64,000 nt of DNA, taken from NCBI GenBank assembly GCA_036339735.1, contig JAYZAL010000036.1:132727-196726 (forward strand). Reading direction: 5' to 3'. A program made the translations under genes and the position numbers. The notes beneath the pieces are model-generated. The model was given only the letters and a program-made list of their open reading frames with translations, had not been told where the DNA came from and ran no database searches. Origin of the DNA: Candidatus Poribacteria bacterium (GTDB lineage Bacteria; Poribacteria; WGA-4E; UBA9662). Shown piece by piece: positions 1-9,951 of the stretch. Each line of letters opens with the position of its first letter. The stretch's first letter is position 1.

Positions 1-785
1 ACGGTAGGGTATTCCTCAATTTCAAAAAGATTCTTGGTTGTTACACTACCAAAGTTTGATATTTGACCCAAATCGTTACGTACCATATCGACAATCATTA
101 CATTTTCGGCTTGATCTTTTATGGAATATCGGAGAGCTTCAGCTAATTTTAAATCGATTTCAGGTTCTATGTGCCTTTGTCGTGTCCCCTTCATTGGTCG
201 CATAGTAATCAAACCATTCACGTAGGAAAAAAAAAGTTCTGGGGATACTGAACAAATAGCATATTTGTCAGACTGAATAAAGACGCAGCATTCAACTAAT
301 TGAGTCTGTATTAACTGGTGAAATAGAGACAAAGGTGCACCAGTAAATGGTGTTTGTAACCGATGAGTATAGTTAACTTGGTAAGTATCGCCTTTAACAA
401 TCCAATCTTTTATTTGCTGTATCCGATACTGATATTCACCAAAGTTGACAGTCGGCCGCCAAGTCAGCCTTCTCAAATCATCATCCCAATTCTTTGGTGG
501 TACGGGAGGATCTGTAGATCGCATCATTGAATCAAACAAACCAAAAGATATCAGCGGAATCGGCGATTGGTATAGGGTGGAATCATGAGCAGTCAAAGCA
601 GGATCAAAACCAGAAGCAGATTCATATGCGATGAAACCAATCGCATAGTAACGATTAGTCAAAACTCTTTGTTCTACTTGGTTTAGTGTATTGACAACTT
701 GGTCTAATTGCGAAGTTTGAATAACTTCGACTGGTTGGGAAAAATTAAGCCAATGACCTTTAGAGTGAAGAATTACTTGGTTCAT
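1..785 (-). CDS. pabB: Aminodeoxychorismate/anthranilate synthase component I (chorismate-binding enzyme), N-terminal part; C-terminus lies beyond the window start
   Basis: Minus-strand translation from the ATG at 783-785 reads MNQVILHSKG...SPELFFSYVNGLITMRPMKGTRQR...ENVMIVDMVRNDLGQISNFGSV, matching the ELFF / PxKGT / MIVD(L)xRND motifs of TrpE/PabB-type chorismate-binding enzymes. The reading frame stays open to position 1. The start overlaps the upstream HAD-hydrolase stop by about 26 nt. Confidence 0.7.
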   Translation of the reverse strand, partial: MNQVILHSKGHWLNFSQPVEVIQTSQLDQVVNTLNQVEQRVLTNRYYAIGFIAYESASGFDPALTAHDSTLYQSPIPLISFGLFDSMMRSTDPPVPPKNWDDDLRRLTWRPTVNFGEYQYRIQQIKDWIVKGDTYQVNYTHRLQTPFTGAPLSLFHQLIQTQLVECCVFIQSDKYAICSVSPELFFSYVNGLITMRPMKGTRQRHIEPEIDLKLAEALRYSIKDQAENVMIVDMVRNDLGQISNFGSVTTKNLFEIEEYPT

Positions 786-1605
786 GGTTAGTTGGAAGTT
801 TGTGCGTTTTTAAAAAAAAATCCACTTCCGACCATGAACGAAGGCCGATAACAGAACCCGAGTGAATATCAGGAAAATAATCACTACCCAATTGTATATC
901 GACAAACGGTATTTCGAAATACCTTAGTGCTTGACGAGCCAATTGATTTTGACCAATTAGTATGCCTATATCTGCATGACAAATTGCTAATATATCGTTA
1001 ATTGAGTCGCCAATGAAGGCCGTCTTCCCATAAGTATTCATCACTTGCTCGATTCGACTTAGCTTGTGTTGAGCTGAGGTTATTTTAAATTTAATCTCGC
1101 CAGTCGTAGTGATGGGATCTTCATTAGTAAATAATAGGTCGTTAGCTGTTATCAAGTCGCAATACTCACCCACGGCCCCAATAATCAGATCGGTAGACCA
1201 GTTAGCAGATAAGATTTCGACTCTCACTGATTTTCTTCTTAGCCTAGTCAGGACTCGTTCAACAAGTCGTCTTTTCTTTGTTTTTTGCCCTAATCGGAGA
1301 AGTTGTTCTTTTTTCAGTCCCATCAAGAATTTTTGTAAAACCACTTGCTCTAGCGCAGGCTTTTCAACGGTATTATGAAAATTAGCGACAAAAGCTTCTA
1401 GGGACGAAAAATCAGAAAAAAACGAACTGTCTGCTACGGCAGATTGAGATTGATAATGCTGAGATAAGGACAACCAATTCTCCAGCTGATCATCTGGTTG
1501 CTCTAACTGGCCAATTGCCAACCGAGCCAGAGAATCGATGGTGTCCCGTTTTGTGACGGTTCCATCAAAGTCAGCCACAAGTACCGAAACCACGTATTTA
1601 GACAA
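760..1605 (-). CDS. HAD-superfamily hydrolase, subfamily IB (MtnX/phosphoserine-phosphatase-like)
   Basis: HAD motif I DFDGTVT near the N-terminus and motif III GDSINDI near the C-terminus; 281 aa. Confidence 0.6.
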   Translation of the reverse strand: MSKYVVSVLVADFDGTVTKRDTIDSLARLAIGQLEQPDDQLENWLSLSQHYQSQSAVADSSFFSDFSSLEAFVANFHNTVEKPALEQVVLQKFLMGLKKEQLLRLGQKTKKRRLVERVLTRLRRKSVRVEILSANWSTDLIIGAVGEYCDLITANDLLFTNEDPITTTGEIKFKITSAQHKLSRIEQVMNTYGKTAFIGDSINDILAICHADIGILIGQNQLARQALRYFEIPFVDIQLGSDYFPDIHSGSVIGLRSWSEVDFFLKTHKLPTNHEPSNSSL

Positions 1606-1624
1606 TCCGAGGTCCTATGTAGAT

Positions 1625-3031
1625 TCAATTTGAGATGTTAGGCCGAGTCATATCGGCAGGAACAACTGCTTGGTCAAATTCTTGCTCCGTCAACAGCTGT
1701 CTGGATATTACAATTTCTTTCAATGTTTTTCCTGTTTCGTGTGCTTTTTTAGCTACTTCTGCAGCTTGGTCATAACCAATGTGGGGGGCCAATGCGGTTA
1801 CTAACATTAAGGAATCGTGTAAGTACTGATTGATTTGATGCAAATTCGGCTTTATGCCAATAACACAATGTTGATCAAACGAGTCACAGGCATCTCCAAG
1901 TAAACGGATCGATTGCAAAATATTGAAAGCCATGACTGGCATGTAAACATTTAACTCAAAATTACCTGACGCCCCTGCAACAGTAATTGTCGTATCATTA
2001 CCTATGACTTGGGAGCAGACCATAGTAAGAGCTTCGCATTGCGTTGGATTGACTTTTCCTGGCATAATAGATGATCCTGGCTCGTTTTCTGGCAAAATGA
2101 TCTCACCAATACCGCAACGAGGGCCCGACCCCAGCCAACGAATATCATTGGCAATTTTATTCAGAGCACAAGCCAATGTTTTCAGTGCACCACTGGCTTC
2201 TACTAACGCATCACGTGCGCCTAGAGCAGCAAATTTATTCGGTGCAGAAACGAAGTTTTGCCCGGTTTTCTGTGCCATTTTTTTTGCTGCTAATTCTGCA
2301 TATTCAGGATGAGTGTTCAAACCAGTTCCGACAGCAGTACCACCAATCGGTAATTCAAATAGATGGGGGAAAGTGTGGTTAATTGCTCGAAGAGCATTGT
2401 CTAATTGTTGGACATAGCCTGAGAATTCTTGACCCAGTGTCAATGGAGTAGCATCTTGCAAATGAGTTCGACCGATTTTGACAATCTCAGCAAATTCATC
2501 GGACTTATCAGAAAGGGACTCTCTCAAACTTGCTACCATCGGTTTCAGATGATGCTCAATTCGATCTACCACAGCTAGATGAATAGCTGTTGGAAAGGAG
2601 TCATTAGTAGATTGGGATTTATTGACATGATCGTTGGGATGAATGGGCTTTTTGCTTCCCAAGACTCCACCTAAGATCTCAATAGCTCGGTTTGCAACAA
2701 CTTCATTGACATTCATGTTAGTTTGTGTTCCACTCCCCGTTTGCCAAACTACTAATGGGAAATGATCATCCAATTTACCATCAATGACTTCTTGAGTGGC
2801 TTTCCGAATAACTTCAGCTTCATCAGGTGTCAATAACCCTAAATCTCGATTAACTTCAGCCACCGATTGTTTCACAATACCCAAAGCCCAAATCATCTCC
2901 CGAGGAAACCGCTCGCTACCGATTTTGAAATTTTGCACAGACCTTTGGGTTTGTGCCCCCCAGTAACGATCAGATGGAACTTCAATCTGCCCCATACTAT
3001 CTTGTTCAACTCTAAATTCGGTTTCCATCAC
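1625..3031 (-). CDS. fumC: Fumarate hydratase class II
   Basis: N-terminal [23 protein letters not shown] and the fumarate-lyase signature [21 protein letters not shown]; 468 aa, typical length for FumC. Confidence 0.85.
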   Translation of the reverse strand: MMETEFRVEQDSMGQIEVPSDRYWGAQTQRSVQNFKIGSERFPREMIWALGIVKQSVAEVNRDLGLLTPDEAEVIRKATQEVIDGKLDDHFPLVVWQTGSGTQTNMNVNEVVANRAIEILGGVLGSKKPIHPNDHVNKSQSTNDSFPTAIHLAVVDRIEHHLKPMVASLRESLSDKSDEFAEIVKIGRTHLQDATPLTLGQEFSGYVQQLDNALRAINHTFPHLFELPIGGTAVGTGLNTHPEYAELAAKKMAQKTGQNFVSAPNKFAALGARDALVEASGALKTLACALNKIANDIRWLGSGPRCGIGEIILPENEPGSSIMPGKVNPTQCEALTMVCSQVIGNDTTITVAGASGNFELNVYMPVMAFNILQSIRLLGDACDSFDQHCVIGIKPNLHQINQYLHDSLMLVTALAPHIGYDQAAEVAKKAHETGKTLKEIVISRQLLTEQEFDQAVVPADMTRPNISN

Positions 3032-3511
3032 ACAACTCCTGATCTTTTATAAGATTGATCTCCATGTTTTGTTAGTCTAATCAGCAAATAATTTTCTACC
3101 ATAGGGACCGAGAAAAACTCAAAGATTATATCACTTGAGTGACAACCTCACAAGGTTAGCTGAAAGGTTGACAAATGATATGTATTGTTTTCTAAGTAAA
3201 TAAATTTCACAAGAATAGAAAGACTGTATCAACAAACATAACCAAGTAGTGAATAGCTGGATTTATAGCGAGAAGTGAAGTAAAAGATGGCAGGTGGAAC
3301 CATACATTAGCAACTAAATCTATCTCCAGGTTGTTACACGCTCATGTATTCGCTATCTCGAAAAAAGTTATGGGCCTGATAGGATGTTCCTCACCTTTTA
3401 TAATTGAATGGTTAAAAGTATGACCCAAAAGTACCAAGTTCAATACCTCTGACGAGCCTTGCCTGATATACACGACCTTTTAAGTAGAAGACAGCTGTTC
3501 AATCCGTCTCT

Positions 3512-4207
3512 TTAGAACAGTTCGTCATCAGCATTTGACTGACTTTCTTGCTCTGGAGAAGTTAGAATTTCTAACTTACGTTGGGCTAATCGACCAGCTT
3601 GAGAATCAGGAGAAAGTTGAAGGACTTTCTGATAGTCGGCTACAGCCGCATCGTTTTTTCGAATTCGGTGATAGAGCATGGCTCGAAAGTAATAGGCATT
3701 GGTATAACTGTTATCCAATTCAATAGCCTTGCTAAAATCTGCAATGGCTTTATCGTAGCTATTAAGCTCGAGGTAAGCATTTCCTCTCAGCACATGGGAT
3801 TGTGATTGGCTTGGGTCTAATCTAATAGATTCAGTGGCATCCTGTACTGCTTCTTTTAGCTGACCCTCAATTTTATAGATGTTACCACGTAATAAATAGG
3901 CGTTAGCATCAGCAGGATTAAGATAAATAGCAGTATGAAAATCTTGTAACGCTCTACGATTTTGCTTCAGTTGTCGATGAATTCCAGCTCGTAAGATATA
4001 GGCTTTTGGGTCGTCCGATTTTAGATCGATAACCCTAGTCAAATCACCTAACGCCAAATCCAAATTTCCCAGCTCTTTATATGCCTGTGCACGTTTGTAG
4101 TAGCGTAAGGGATTATTTGGTAGCTCAGCAATTTCTCGGCTACATTCGTCAACGATTCGTTCCCAATAATTTTGTACACCTTGTGCAGTTGCTCGAGTTC
4201 CTATCAC
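3512..4207 (-). CDS. Tetratricopeptide (TPR) repeat protein
   Basis: Repeated 34-aa units of the form A.AY..RG..Y...G....A..D...AI.L.P. Confidence 0.7.
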   Translation of the reverse strand: MIGTRATAQGVQNYWERIVDECSREIAELPNNPLRYYKRAQAYKELGNLDLALGDLTRVIDLKSDDPKAYILRAGIHRQLKQNRRALQDFHTAIYLNPADANAYLLRGNIYKIEGQLKEAVQDATESIRLDPSQSQSHVLRGNAYLELNSYDKAIADFSKAIELDNSYTNAYYFRAMLYHRIRKNDAAVADYQKVLQLSPDSQAGRLAQRKLEILTSPEQESQSNADDELF

Positions 4208-4220
4208 GGAGCCTCCTTTG

Positions 4221-5711
4221 TTATTTTACAAAGAAATCGAAGTATTGCAAACAAGCATAGTCAGGTTGATCTAAACCGTATGCTTTTGCCGTAATACATA
4301 GTTTAACGTTTGGGTGTCGTTGACGGATATACACAGAAAAGTCGAACAACCAATTGTAAGTCAAAAATGTTGACTCCACAGGCCCTCCGTGATTATGCGT
4401 AATGTTAGCACAACCCTGTAACCCATTGTTATCCTTTTCAAGTAGTGGTCCAGACAATATAACCAGATTCACCGGAGAATGTACCAAAAGATCATCTACG
4501 GCATCTCGTAAAAAAAAACCATAGTCACTCAATAAGCAATAAATGGGCTGATCTGATTCAGCAGGTCTAGATTGGAGCCAATTCGGTTGATTTAGTATGT
4601 TTTTACCAACAGTAGCTACAGGCAATCGAATAGCTTTCGGTTGAGACACGAGGGATGATGACAGTTGGTCCTGGAATGTAGCAATTGTCTCATTTTCAAA
4701 ATTAAATACATGATAGGAAGCTAAATCTTCAGTTTCCAAGTATGGGGACGGTAAGTGGGTTCCTATATTTTCAGTAAACCGACCAAAGTAAAGTGATATG
4801 GTAGGTATAACAACTGATTGACTCGGCCAAGCAGTAATAATCTCTGACATTTGCACGTCAAAGGATGTAAGGCCAACAGAAACATAATCGTATTTCTTGT
4901 ATAAGTCAGTTGTCTTGAAAGGTCCAGGAGTGTGATTAACAATTGACACTAACCTATTTATTGAACCAATTGTCGGTGATATTTCTAGGTACTGACCATA
5001 AATTTTACTAAATAAGCTTCTGTTTACCAAAGCCGACCGGGAATTGTAAAAAAGGGGTAATGATTCAGTGTAAACCTCTTCTATATTAAGCGGAATATTA
5101 CCTTGATTTTTGAAGACTAACCATTTGTCAATTCGAGCTTGATGTGGATAGATACGATAACAAATTTGAATAGAAAAGCGTAGATTGGTATGACTACTAG
5201 TATCTGGGAATGGATTGGTAAATTCAGCCAAGAGGCCATCAGCCGGCGAACCAATTATAGGATTTTGATAATTCATCCAGAAGCGCAATATACGAGACCC
5301 ATCATAGCCAGGTTCGATTTTATACCTCTGATATAAAAACTGGCTATCAAGGCCAGAAAAACGATAACCTGAGACTTGGAAACAAAATTCTTGACTCGGT
5401 TGTTCAAGATAATATTCACCACTCAATTTATCAACAATAGAGACTGTATGTAACCGCCTGTCGCTAGCTGACAATTGAAATCTTCGTTCAATCAAACCAT
5501 TCCCTATGTAAAACTGTTTCTTTTGTCCGTCAAAACCTGCATAGGCTGTTCTATCAGTAACCGAGCGCACAGCCTGTCTCAAGTCAGCAACAGTAACCTT
5601 AGGGCCTTTGGGTGAATAGGTACAACCACTGATAACCAGCAAAAAAATAGTTAAAAGATAATTTATTTGGACAAATTGATGGTGGATCATTTTTAAAATT
5701 GATTGGAACAA
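4221..5711 (-). CDS. Hypothetical lipoprotein of unknown function
   Basis: Signal peptide followed by a lipobox (LLVISGC); 496 aa; no catalytic motif recognised. Confidence 0.5.
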   Translation of the reverse strand: MFQSILKMIHHQFVQINYLLTIFLLVISGCTYSPKGPKVTVADLRQAVRSVTDRTAYAGFDGQKKQFYIGNGLIERRFQLSASDRRLHTVSIVDKLSGEYYLEQPSQEFCFQVSGYRFSGLDSQFLYQRYKIEPGYDGSRILRFWMNYQNPIIGSPADGLLAEFTNPFPDTSSHTNLRFSIQICYRIYPHQARIDKWLVFKNQGNIPLNIEEVYTESLPLFYNSRSALVNRSLFSKIYGQYLEISPTIGSINRLVSIVNHTPGPFKTTDLYKKYDYVSVGLTSFDVQMSEIITAWPSQSVVIPTISLYFGRFTENIGTHLPSPYLETEDLASYHVFNFENETIATFQDQLSSSLVSQPKAIRLPVATVGKNILNQPNWLQSRPAESDQPIYCLLSDYGFFLRDAVDDLLVHSPVNLVILSGPLLEKDNNGLQGCANITHNHGGPVESTFLTYNWLFDFSVYIRQRHPNVKLCITAKAYGLDQPDYACLQYFDFFVK

Positions 5712-5958
5712 TAATATACTAAATTAATTATGAAATTCTATTATATCCCTTAGAATCCGGTATTTGACACATACATGCCAATGTTCTATAATCAGCCGAT
5801 AATTACTGATTAGTATACTAGAGTAGGGTGTAAATTCATCTTATCAGGTTAATTCCACTTTTGTGGCCTTGTTGATGTAACCTTTATTTGTTAAAATAAT
5901 TTTACGCTTTTTTGTGTATTTGTGGGACACTTATATTTCGTCAAAAAACCAAGGAGAA

Positions 5959-8400
5959 ATGGATATGCCAGAACTCATATCGTACAGTGCTAAATCAATT
6001 CCGGAGGAGGAAGCTCGATCAATAGATATCTATGAAATTCAGCTTGGTCGTGTTCAATCTGGACAAGTGGCTGAGGAGGTATTTACGGAGTTTAGGTTGC
6101 GTCATGGTGTGTATGGCCAGAGGGATGAAGGCTCGCAAATGATCAGAGTTAAAATTCCGTATGGCGGTCTAGACGCTAAACAGTTGGAAATGCTGGCAGA
6201 TGTTGGTGAAGAGTTCTCTGACAACATCATTCATATAACCACTCGACAAGATGTTCAGTACCACTACGTCGATATAAATAATACTCCTGAGCTAATGCGA
6301 CGATTAGCATCAGTTGGAATCACGACGAAAGAGGCCTGTGGCAACGTAGTTCGAAATGTCACAGCTTGTCCTCTATCTGGTGTGTGTAATGAGGAAAGTT
6401 TTGACGTTACGCCCTATGCTCAGGCTCTTTCAGCTTTCTTACTAGGTCATCCTGATGGGCAAGATTTTGGCCGAAAGTTCAAAATCTCTTTTTCTGGTTG
6501 TCACGATCACGCTTGTGGTTTTGGCCAAATGCATGATATTGGAGCAGTTGCAGTTACTAAGAAAAAGAATGGTCAATTAGAGCGTGGTTTCAAGATGTAC
6601 GTAGGTGGAGGGCTCGGTGCTGTTCCACACAGAGCAAAAGTCTTAGAAGAGTTTCTGCCGGTGGAGGAGTTGTTGCCAATTTCCCAAGCCATGGCTAAAG
6701 TTTTTTCACGACTTGGAGAAAGAAAAAACCGTAACAAGGCGCGTATGAAGTTTGTGGTAGCAAAATTGGGCATCGAGGAATTCCGCCGACAGGTTTATGC
6801 TGAAAGAGAAAAACTACGTTATGATCCGGCTTGGACTGCATATTTAGATGATCTAGAAAGATTCAACGAGACTCCACTGAAGCCACCGACTCAACTTGAG
6901 ATAGCTAAAAAGCCAGATGGGTTTGAGCGTTGGTATGCTAGTAACGTGAAGCCACAGGCCCAACCCGGTTATGCTGTTGTCCAAATTAGCCTACCGATCG
7001 GGGATATCACCTCAGACCAGCTACGTGGTGTGGCTGATATTGCACGTCGTTACGTAAAGGATACGATCCGAGCTACAGTTGAACAGAATATCCTCTTGCG
7101 CTGGGTTTCTATGAGTGACCTGCCGGCGGTTTACAATGAATTAGCCTCCATTGGGTTAGGTGAAGGTGACGCTGAAAAATTGATGGATATCACAGCATGT
7201 CCTGGAACTGATTCCTGTAAATTAGGCATTGCCTCATCTCGTGGTTTAGCGGTTTCACTACGTGATCACTTTTCTAGCAGCGAAATGACTGAATCAATTA
7301 AGGACCTACGGGTGAAAATCAGTGGCTGTCCTAATTCTTGTGGTACACATCACATAGCCAATATCGGTTTCTTCGGTTCATCTAGGCGTATGAAAGGGCA
7401 TATTGCTCCATATTACCAAGTAACATTAGGCGGACACGATATGGAGAATGCTGGATCTTATGGGTTAGCTGCTGGCAAAATTCACGCCAGACATATTCCA
7501 CAATTTATTGAAGAATTAACAGGACGCTACCTAGACGAACGAGCGAATGAAGACGACACTTTCACTGATTATATAGAACGCTTAGGAAAGCCTGAGATTA
7601 AGTCGATTCTAAAACAATACGATCAGATTCCGACTTATGAAGAAGACCCTAGTTACTATATAGATACGGGTGATACCAAAGAATTTAAGTTGCAAAAGGG
7701 CGTCGGCGAATGTGCCGGCCAGTTAGTTGAGTTAGTTTCCTTCAAGTTGGAAGAAGGCGATCGGCTTATCTACGAAGCTGGAGTTCACTTAGAAGAAAAA
7801 GATTTTGAGGCTTCAGTAGCCAGAGCTTTTGAAGCAATGATCCGTGCAGCTGACGGGTTACTAACAACCGAAGGCATTCAATATATCGATGACGAAACCA
7901 CTGTACGTGAATTTCGTGACCGGTACTACGACACCCAAATCTTCTTTTCAGCTTATGCTGAGCATTTATTCAAGTCTGTGGAAGAAAGAGGTATTGAATT
8001 AAATGAAGAGTTGACTCACCGCCGAGTGGAGGAGGCAACCCTATTTGTCGAGCAAGCACATAATGTCTATGGAAGAATGCAAATCCGGCAAGAAGAAGAA
8101 CAGGCAAGAAGTGGTAGACGAAAAAAAGAATCAAGACCAGCTAGAATACCCGAGCCCGTCGTGGAAGCTGAATCTATTGTCGATAGTATGGATCTGAAAG
8201 GTGTTGCTTGTCCTTATAACTATGTACAAACTAAAATTCGATTGGAGCAGATGAGTTTAGGTGAATTATTGGAAATAACGATTGATGATGGTGAACCTAT
8301 CCAGAATGTTCCAGCCAGCTTGATCAATGATGGCCATAAAATCATTGATACCAAAAAAATTGGCCAGTACTACCGTCTAACTATTAGGAAGGGAGAATAG
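5959..8400 (+). CDS. Ferredoxin-type sulfite/nitrite reductase (siroheme-[4Fe-4S] hemoprotein) fused to a C-terminal TusA-like sulfur-carrier domain
   Basis: Two NIR_SIR half-domains. The second half carries the Cys-x5-Cys (TACPGTDSC) and Cys-x3-Cys (SGCPNSCG) siroheme/cluster ligands. The C-terminal roughly 75 aa (DLKGVACPYNYVQTKIRLEQM...GEPIQNVPASL...GHKII) follow the TusA/YedF fold with its conserved Cys. The ORF track opens at 5914, but ATG 5959/5965 downstream of AAGGAG (5951-5956) is the more likely start. A hairpin plus T-run follows the stop. Confidence 0.75.
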   Translation: MDMPELISYSAKSIPEEEARSIDIYEIQLGRVQSGQVAEEVFTEFRLRHGVYGQRDEGSQMIRVKIPYGGLDAKQLEMLADVGEEFSDNIIHITTRQDVQYHYVDINNTPELMRRLASVGITTKEACGNVVRNVTACPLSGVCNEESFDVTPYAQALSAFLLGHPDGQDFGRKFKISFSGCHDHACGFGQMHDIGAVAVTKKKNGQLERGFKMYVGGGLGAVPHRAKVLEEFLPVEELLPISQAMAKVFSRLGERKNRNKARMKFVVAKLGIEEFRRQVYAEREKLRYDPAWTAYLDDLERFNETPLKPPTQLEIAKKPDGFERWYASNVKPQAQPGYAVVQISLPIGDITSDQLRGVADIARRYVKDTIRATVEQNILLRWVSMSDLPAVYNELASIGLGEGDAEKLMDITACPGTDSCKLGIASSRGLAVSLRDHFSSSEMTESIKDLRVKISGCPNSCGTHHIANIGFFGSSRRMKGHIAPYYQVTLGGHDMENAGSYGLAAGKIHARHIPQFIEELTGRYLDERANEDDTFTDYIERLGKPEIKSILKQYDQIPTYEEDPSYYIDTGDTKEFKLQKGVGECAGQLVELVSFKLEEGDRLIYEAGVHLEEKDFEASVARAFEAMIRAADGLLTTEGIQYIDDETTVREFRDRYYDTQIFFSAYAEHLFKSVEERGIELNEELTHRRVEEATLFVEQAHNVYGRMQIRQEEEQARSGRRKKESRPARIPEPVVEAESIVDSMDLKGVACPYNYVQTKIRLEQMSLGELLEITIDDGEPIQNVPASLINDGHKIIDTKKIGQYYRLTIRKGE

Positions 8401-8443
8401 ACAAAATCAAATTCTCTTTCACTAGAGTTGTTCCCGAAATTAC

Positions 8444-8483
8444 GAAGAGAGGATGTCTTTAGGTATCTTCTCTTCTTTTTTTA
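8444..8483 (+). terminator. Rho-independent terminator after the sulfite reductase gene
   Basis: gaagagagg (8444-8452) pairs with cttctcttc (8467-8475), followed by a T7 run. Confidence 0.55.
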
Positions 8484-8502
8484 ATGGTCGAAACCAAGAT
8501 TC

Positions 8503-9096
8503 GTGGTGAATAATATGGATTTGCAACAAATTAACATTAAAATTTTCGTTTCCGAAGACAGTCAGATCGTGTATACAAACTTCATAAAAGTTTTTAACCG
8601 ATGGATGGAAGAAGCTGAGCAAGATGACTATCTCAATTACGCGGACTATTCGTTTACGCACGCCGGGCCCGGTGTGTTGCTGATTTCCAAGCAAGCAAAT
8701 TATAGTATTGACTATTCTGATTTGCAGCACGGGTTTTTATATAATCAAAAACACAATGTATCTGGGGAAAATCAAGAGAAAATCCACAACTCATTCATAA
8801 AAGCCTTAAGCCTTGCCGAAAAGCTACAGTCTTCAAGCGAATTAGAAGAACAGGTTCGCTTTGACGGTAGTCAGACGCTCTTCTTTATCAACAACCGAAA
8901 TATCGCCACTAATACGGATAAATCGTTTGAATTAGTCCAAAAAGAACTTCGCCCCATTCTAGAACTAATGTACGGGAATAATGATTTTTTTCTCTCACGT
9001 GCATATGAGGATCCACGAAAGCGATTTGGTATTCGAGTTTCCTCTAAAAGTAGTAATGGAGACCTAAGCAATTTGCTAGGAAATTTGTCTGCCTAA
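8503..9096 (+). CDS. Hypothetical protein
   Basis: 197-aa ORF lying between the SiR-TusA gene and the ThiF/MoeB gene; no motif recognised. Confidence 0.4.
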   Translation: MVNNMDLQQINIKIFVSEDSQIVYTNFIKVFNRWMEEAEQDDYLNYADYSFTHAGPGVLLISKQANYSIDYSDLQHGFLYNQKHNVSGENQEKIHNSFIKALSLAEKLQSSSELEEQVRFDGSQTLFFINNRNIATNTDKSFELVQKELRPILELMYGNNDFFLSRAYEDPRKRFGIRVSSKSSNGDLSNLLGNLSA

Positions 9097-9132
9097 ATAT
9101 TTCATGAATCGTTTATTGAGGTCATAAATAGG

Positions 9133-9939
9133 ATGTATAAATTCTCGAATGAGCAGATTGAACGATATAGCCGACACATAATTTTGAAAGAGGTTGGCGG
9201 TCTTGGGCAGACCAAGCTACTTGAATCAAAAATACTTATGATCGGCGCCGGTGGCTTGGGGTCCCCAGTAGCTCTTTATCTAGCTGCAGCAGGAATCGGC
9301 AAACTGGGTATCATGGATGATGATACAGTAGATGTCAGCAACTTACAGCGTCAGGTTTTGCACAGCACTAAAGATGTTGGACAACCTAAGGTCTTTTCTG
9401 CCAAATCAACACTTAACGAAATCAATCCTGACGTCCAAGTCGTAACGTACCAAGAACGTCTTTCGTCCTCGAATGTACTATCGATTTTTGAACAATATGA
9501 CCTCATCATTGATGGGTGTGATAACTTTCCTACTCGTTATTTGATTAATGATTCTTGTGTTATGCTAAATAAGCCCAATGTACACGGGAGTATTTTTCAA
9601 TTTGAAGGCCAAGTGACAGTCTTTTCACCGAAGGAAGGTCCTTGTTATCGATGCCTATACCCCTCACCACCACCACCTGGTATGGCTCCTAGCTGTCAAG
9701 AAGCGGGTGTTTTCGGTGTATTACCGGGTATCATCGGTTGTATCCAAGCTGTCGAAAGCATTAAAATGCTACTGAAGATTGGTGATCCGCTCATCGGTCA
9801 GCTTCTATTATTCGATGCATTAGGTATGAATTTCAGGCGAATGAAACTTCGCCGTGATGCAGAATGCCCTATTTGTGGAGATAATCCAACAATAAAAGAA
9901 TTGATCGATTATGACGAATTTTGTCAAGTCAGCTGGTGA
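9133..9939 (+). CDS. ThiF/MoeB-family E1-like adenylyltransferase (no rhodanese domain)
   Basis: RYSRHIIL, a Gly-rich nucleotide loop (IGAGGLGSPVALYLAAAGIG) and two CxxC zinc-motif pairs (CYRC ... CPIC); 268 aa. Confidence 0.8.
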   Translation: MYKFSNEQIERYSRHIILKEVGGLGQTKLLESKILMIGAGGLGSPVALYLAAAGIGKLGIMDDDTVDVSNLQRQVLHSTKDVGQPKVFSAKSTLNEINPDVQVVTYQERLSSSNVLSIFEQYDLIIDGCDNFPTRYLINDSCVMLNKPNVHGSIFQFEGQVTVFSPKEGPCYRCLYPSPPPPGMAPSCQEAGVFGVLPGIIGCIQAVESIKMLLKIGDPLIGQLLLFDALGMNFRRMKLRRDAECPICGDNPTIKELIDYDEFCQVSW

Positions 9940-9951
9940 AAGGCAAAAGGA

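Noticed and set aside
1109-2382. Short plus-strand ORFs (89, 102 and 68 aa) inside the HAD and fumC genes
   Set aside because: They lie antisense to, and wholly within, well-supported genes and have low-complexity composition; typical spurious ORFs.
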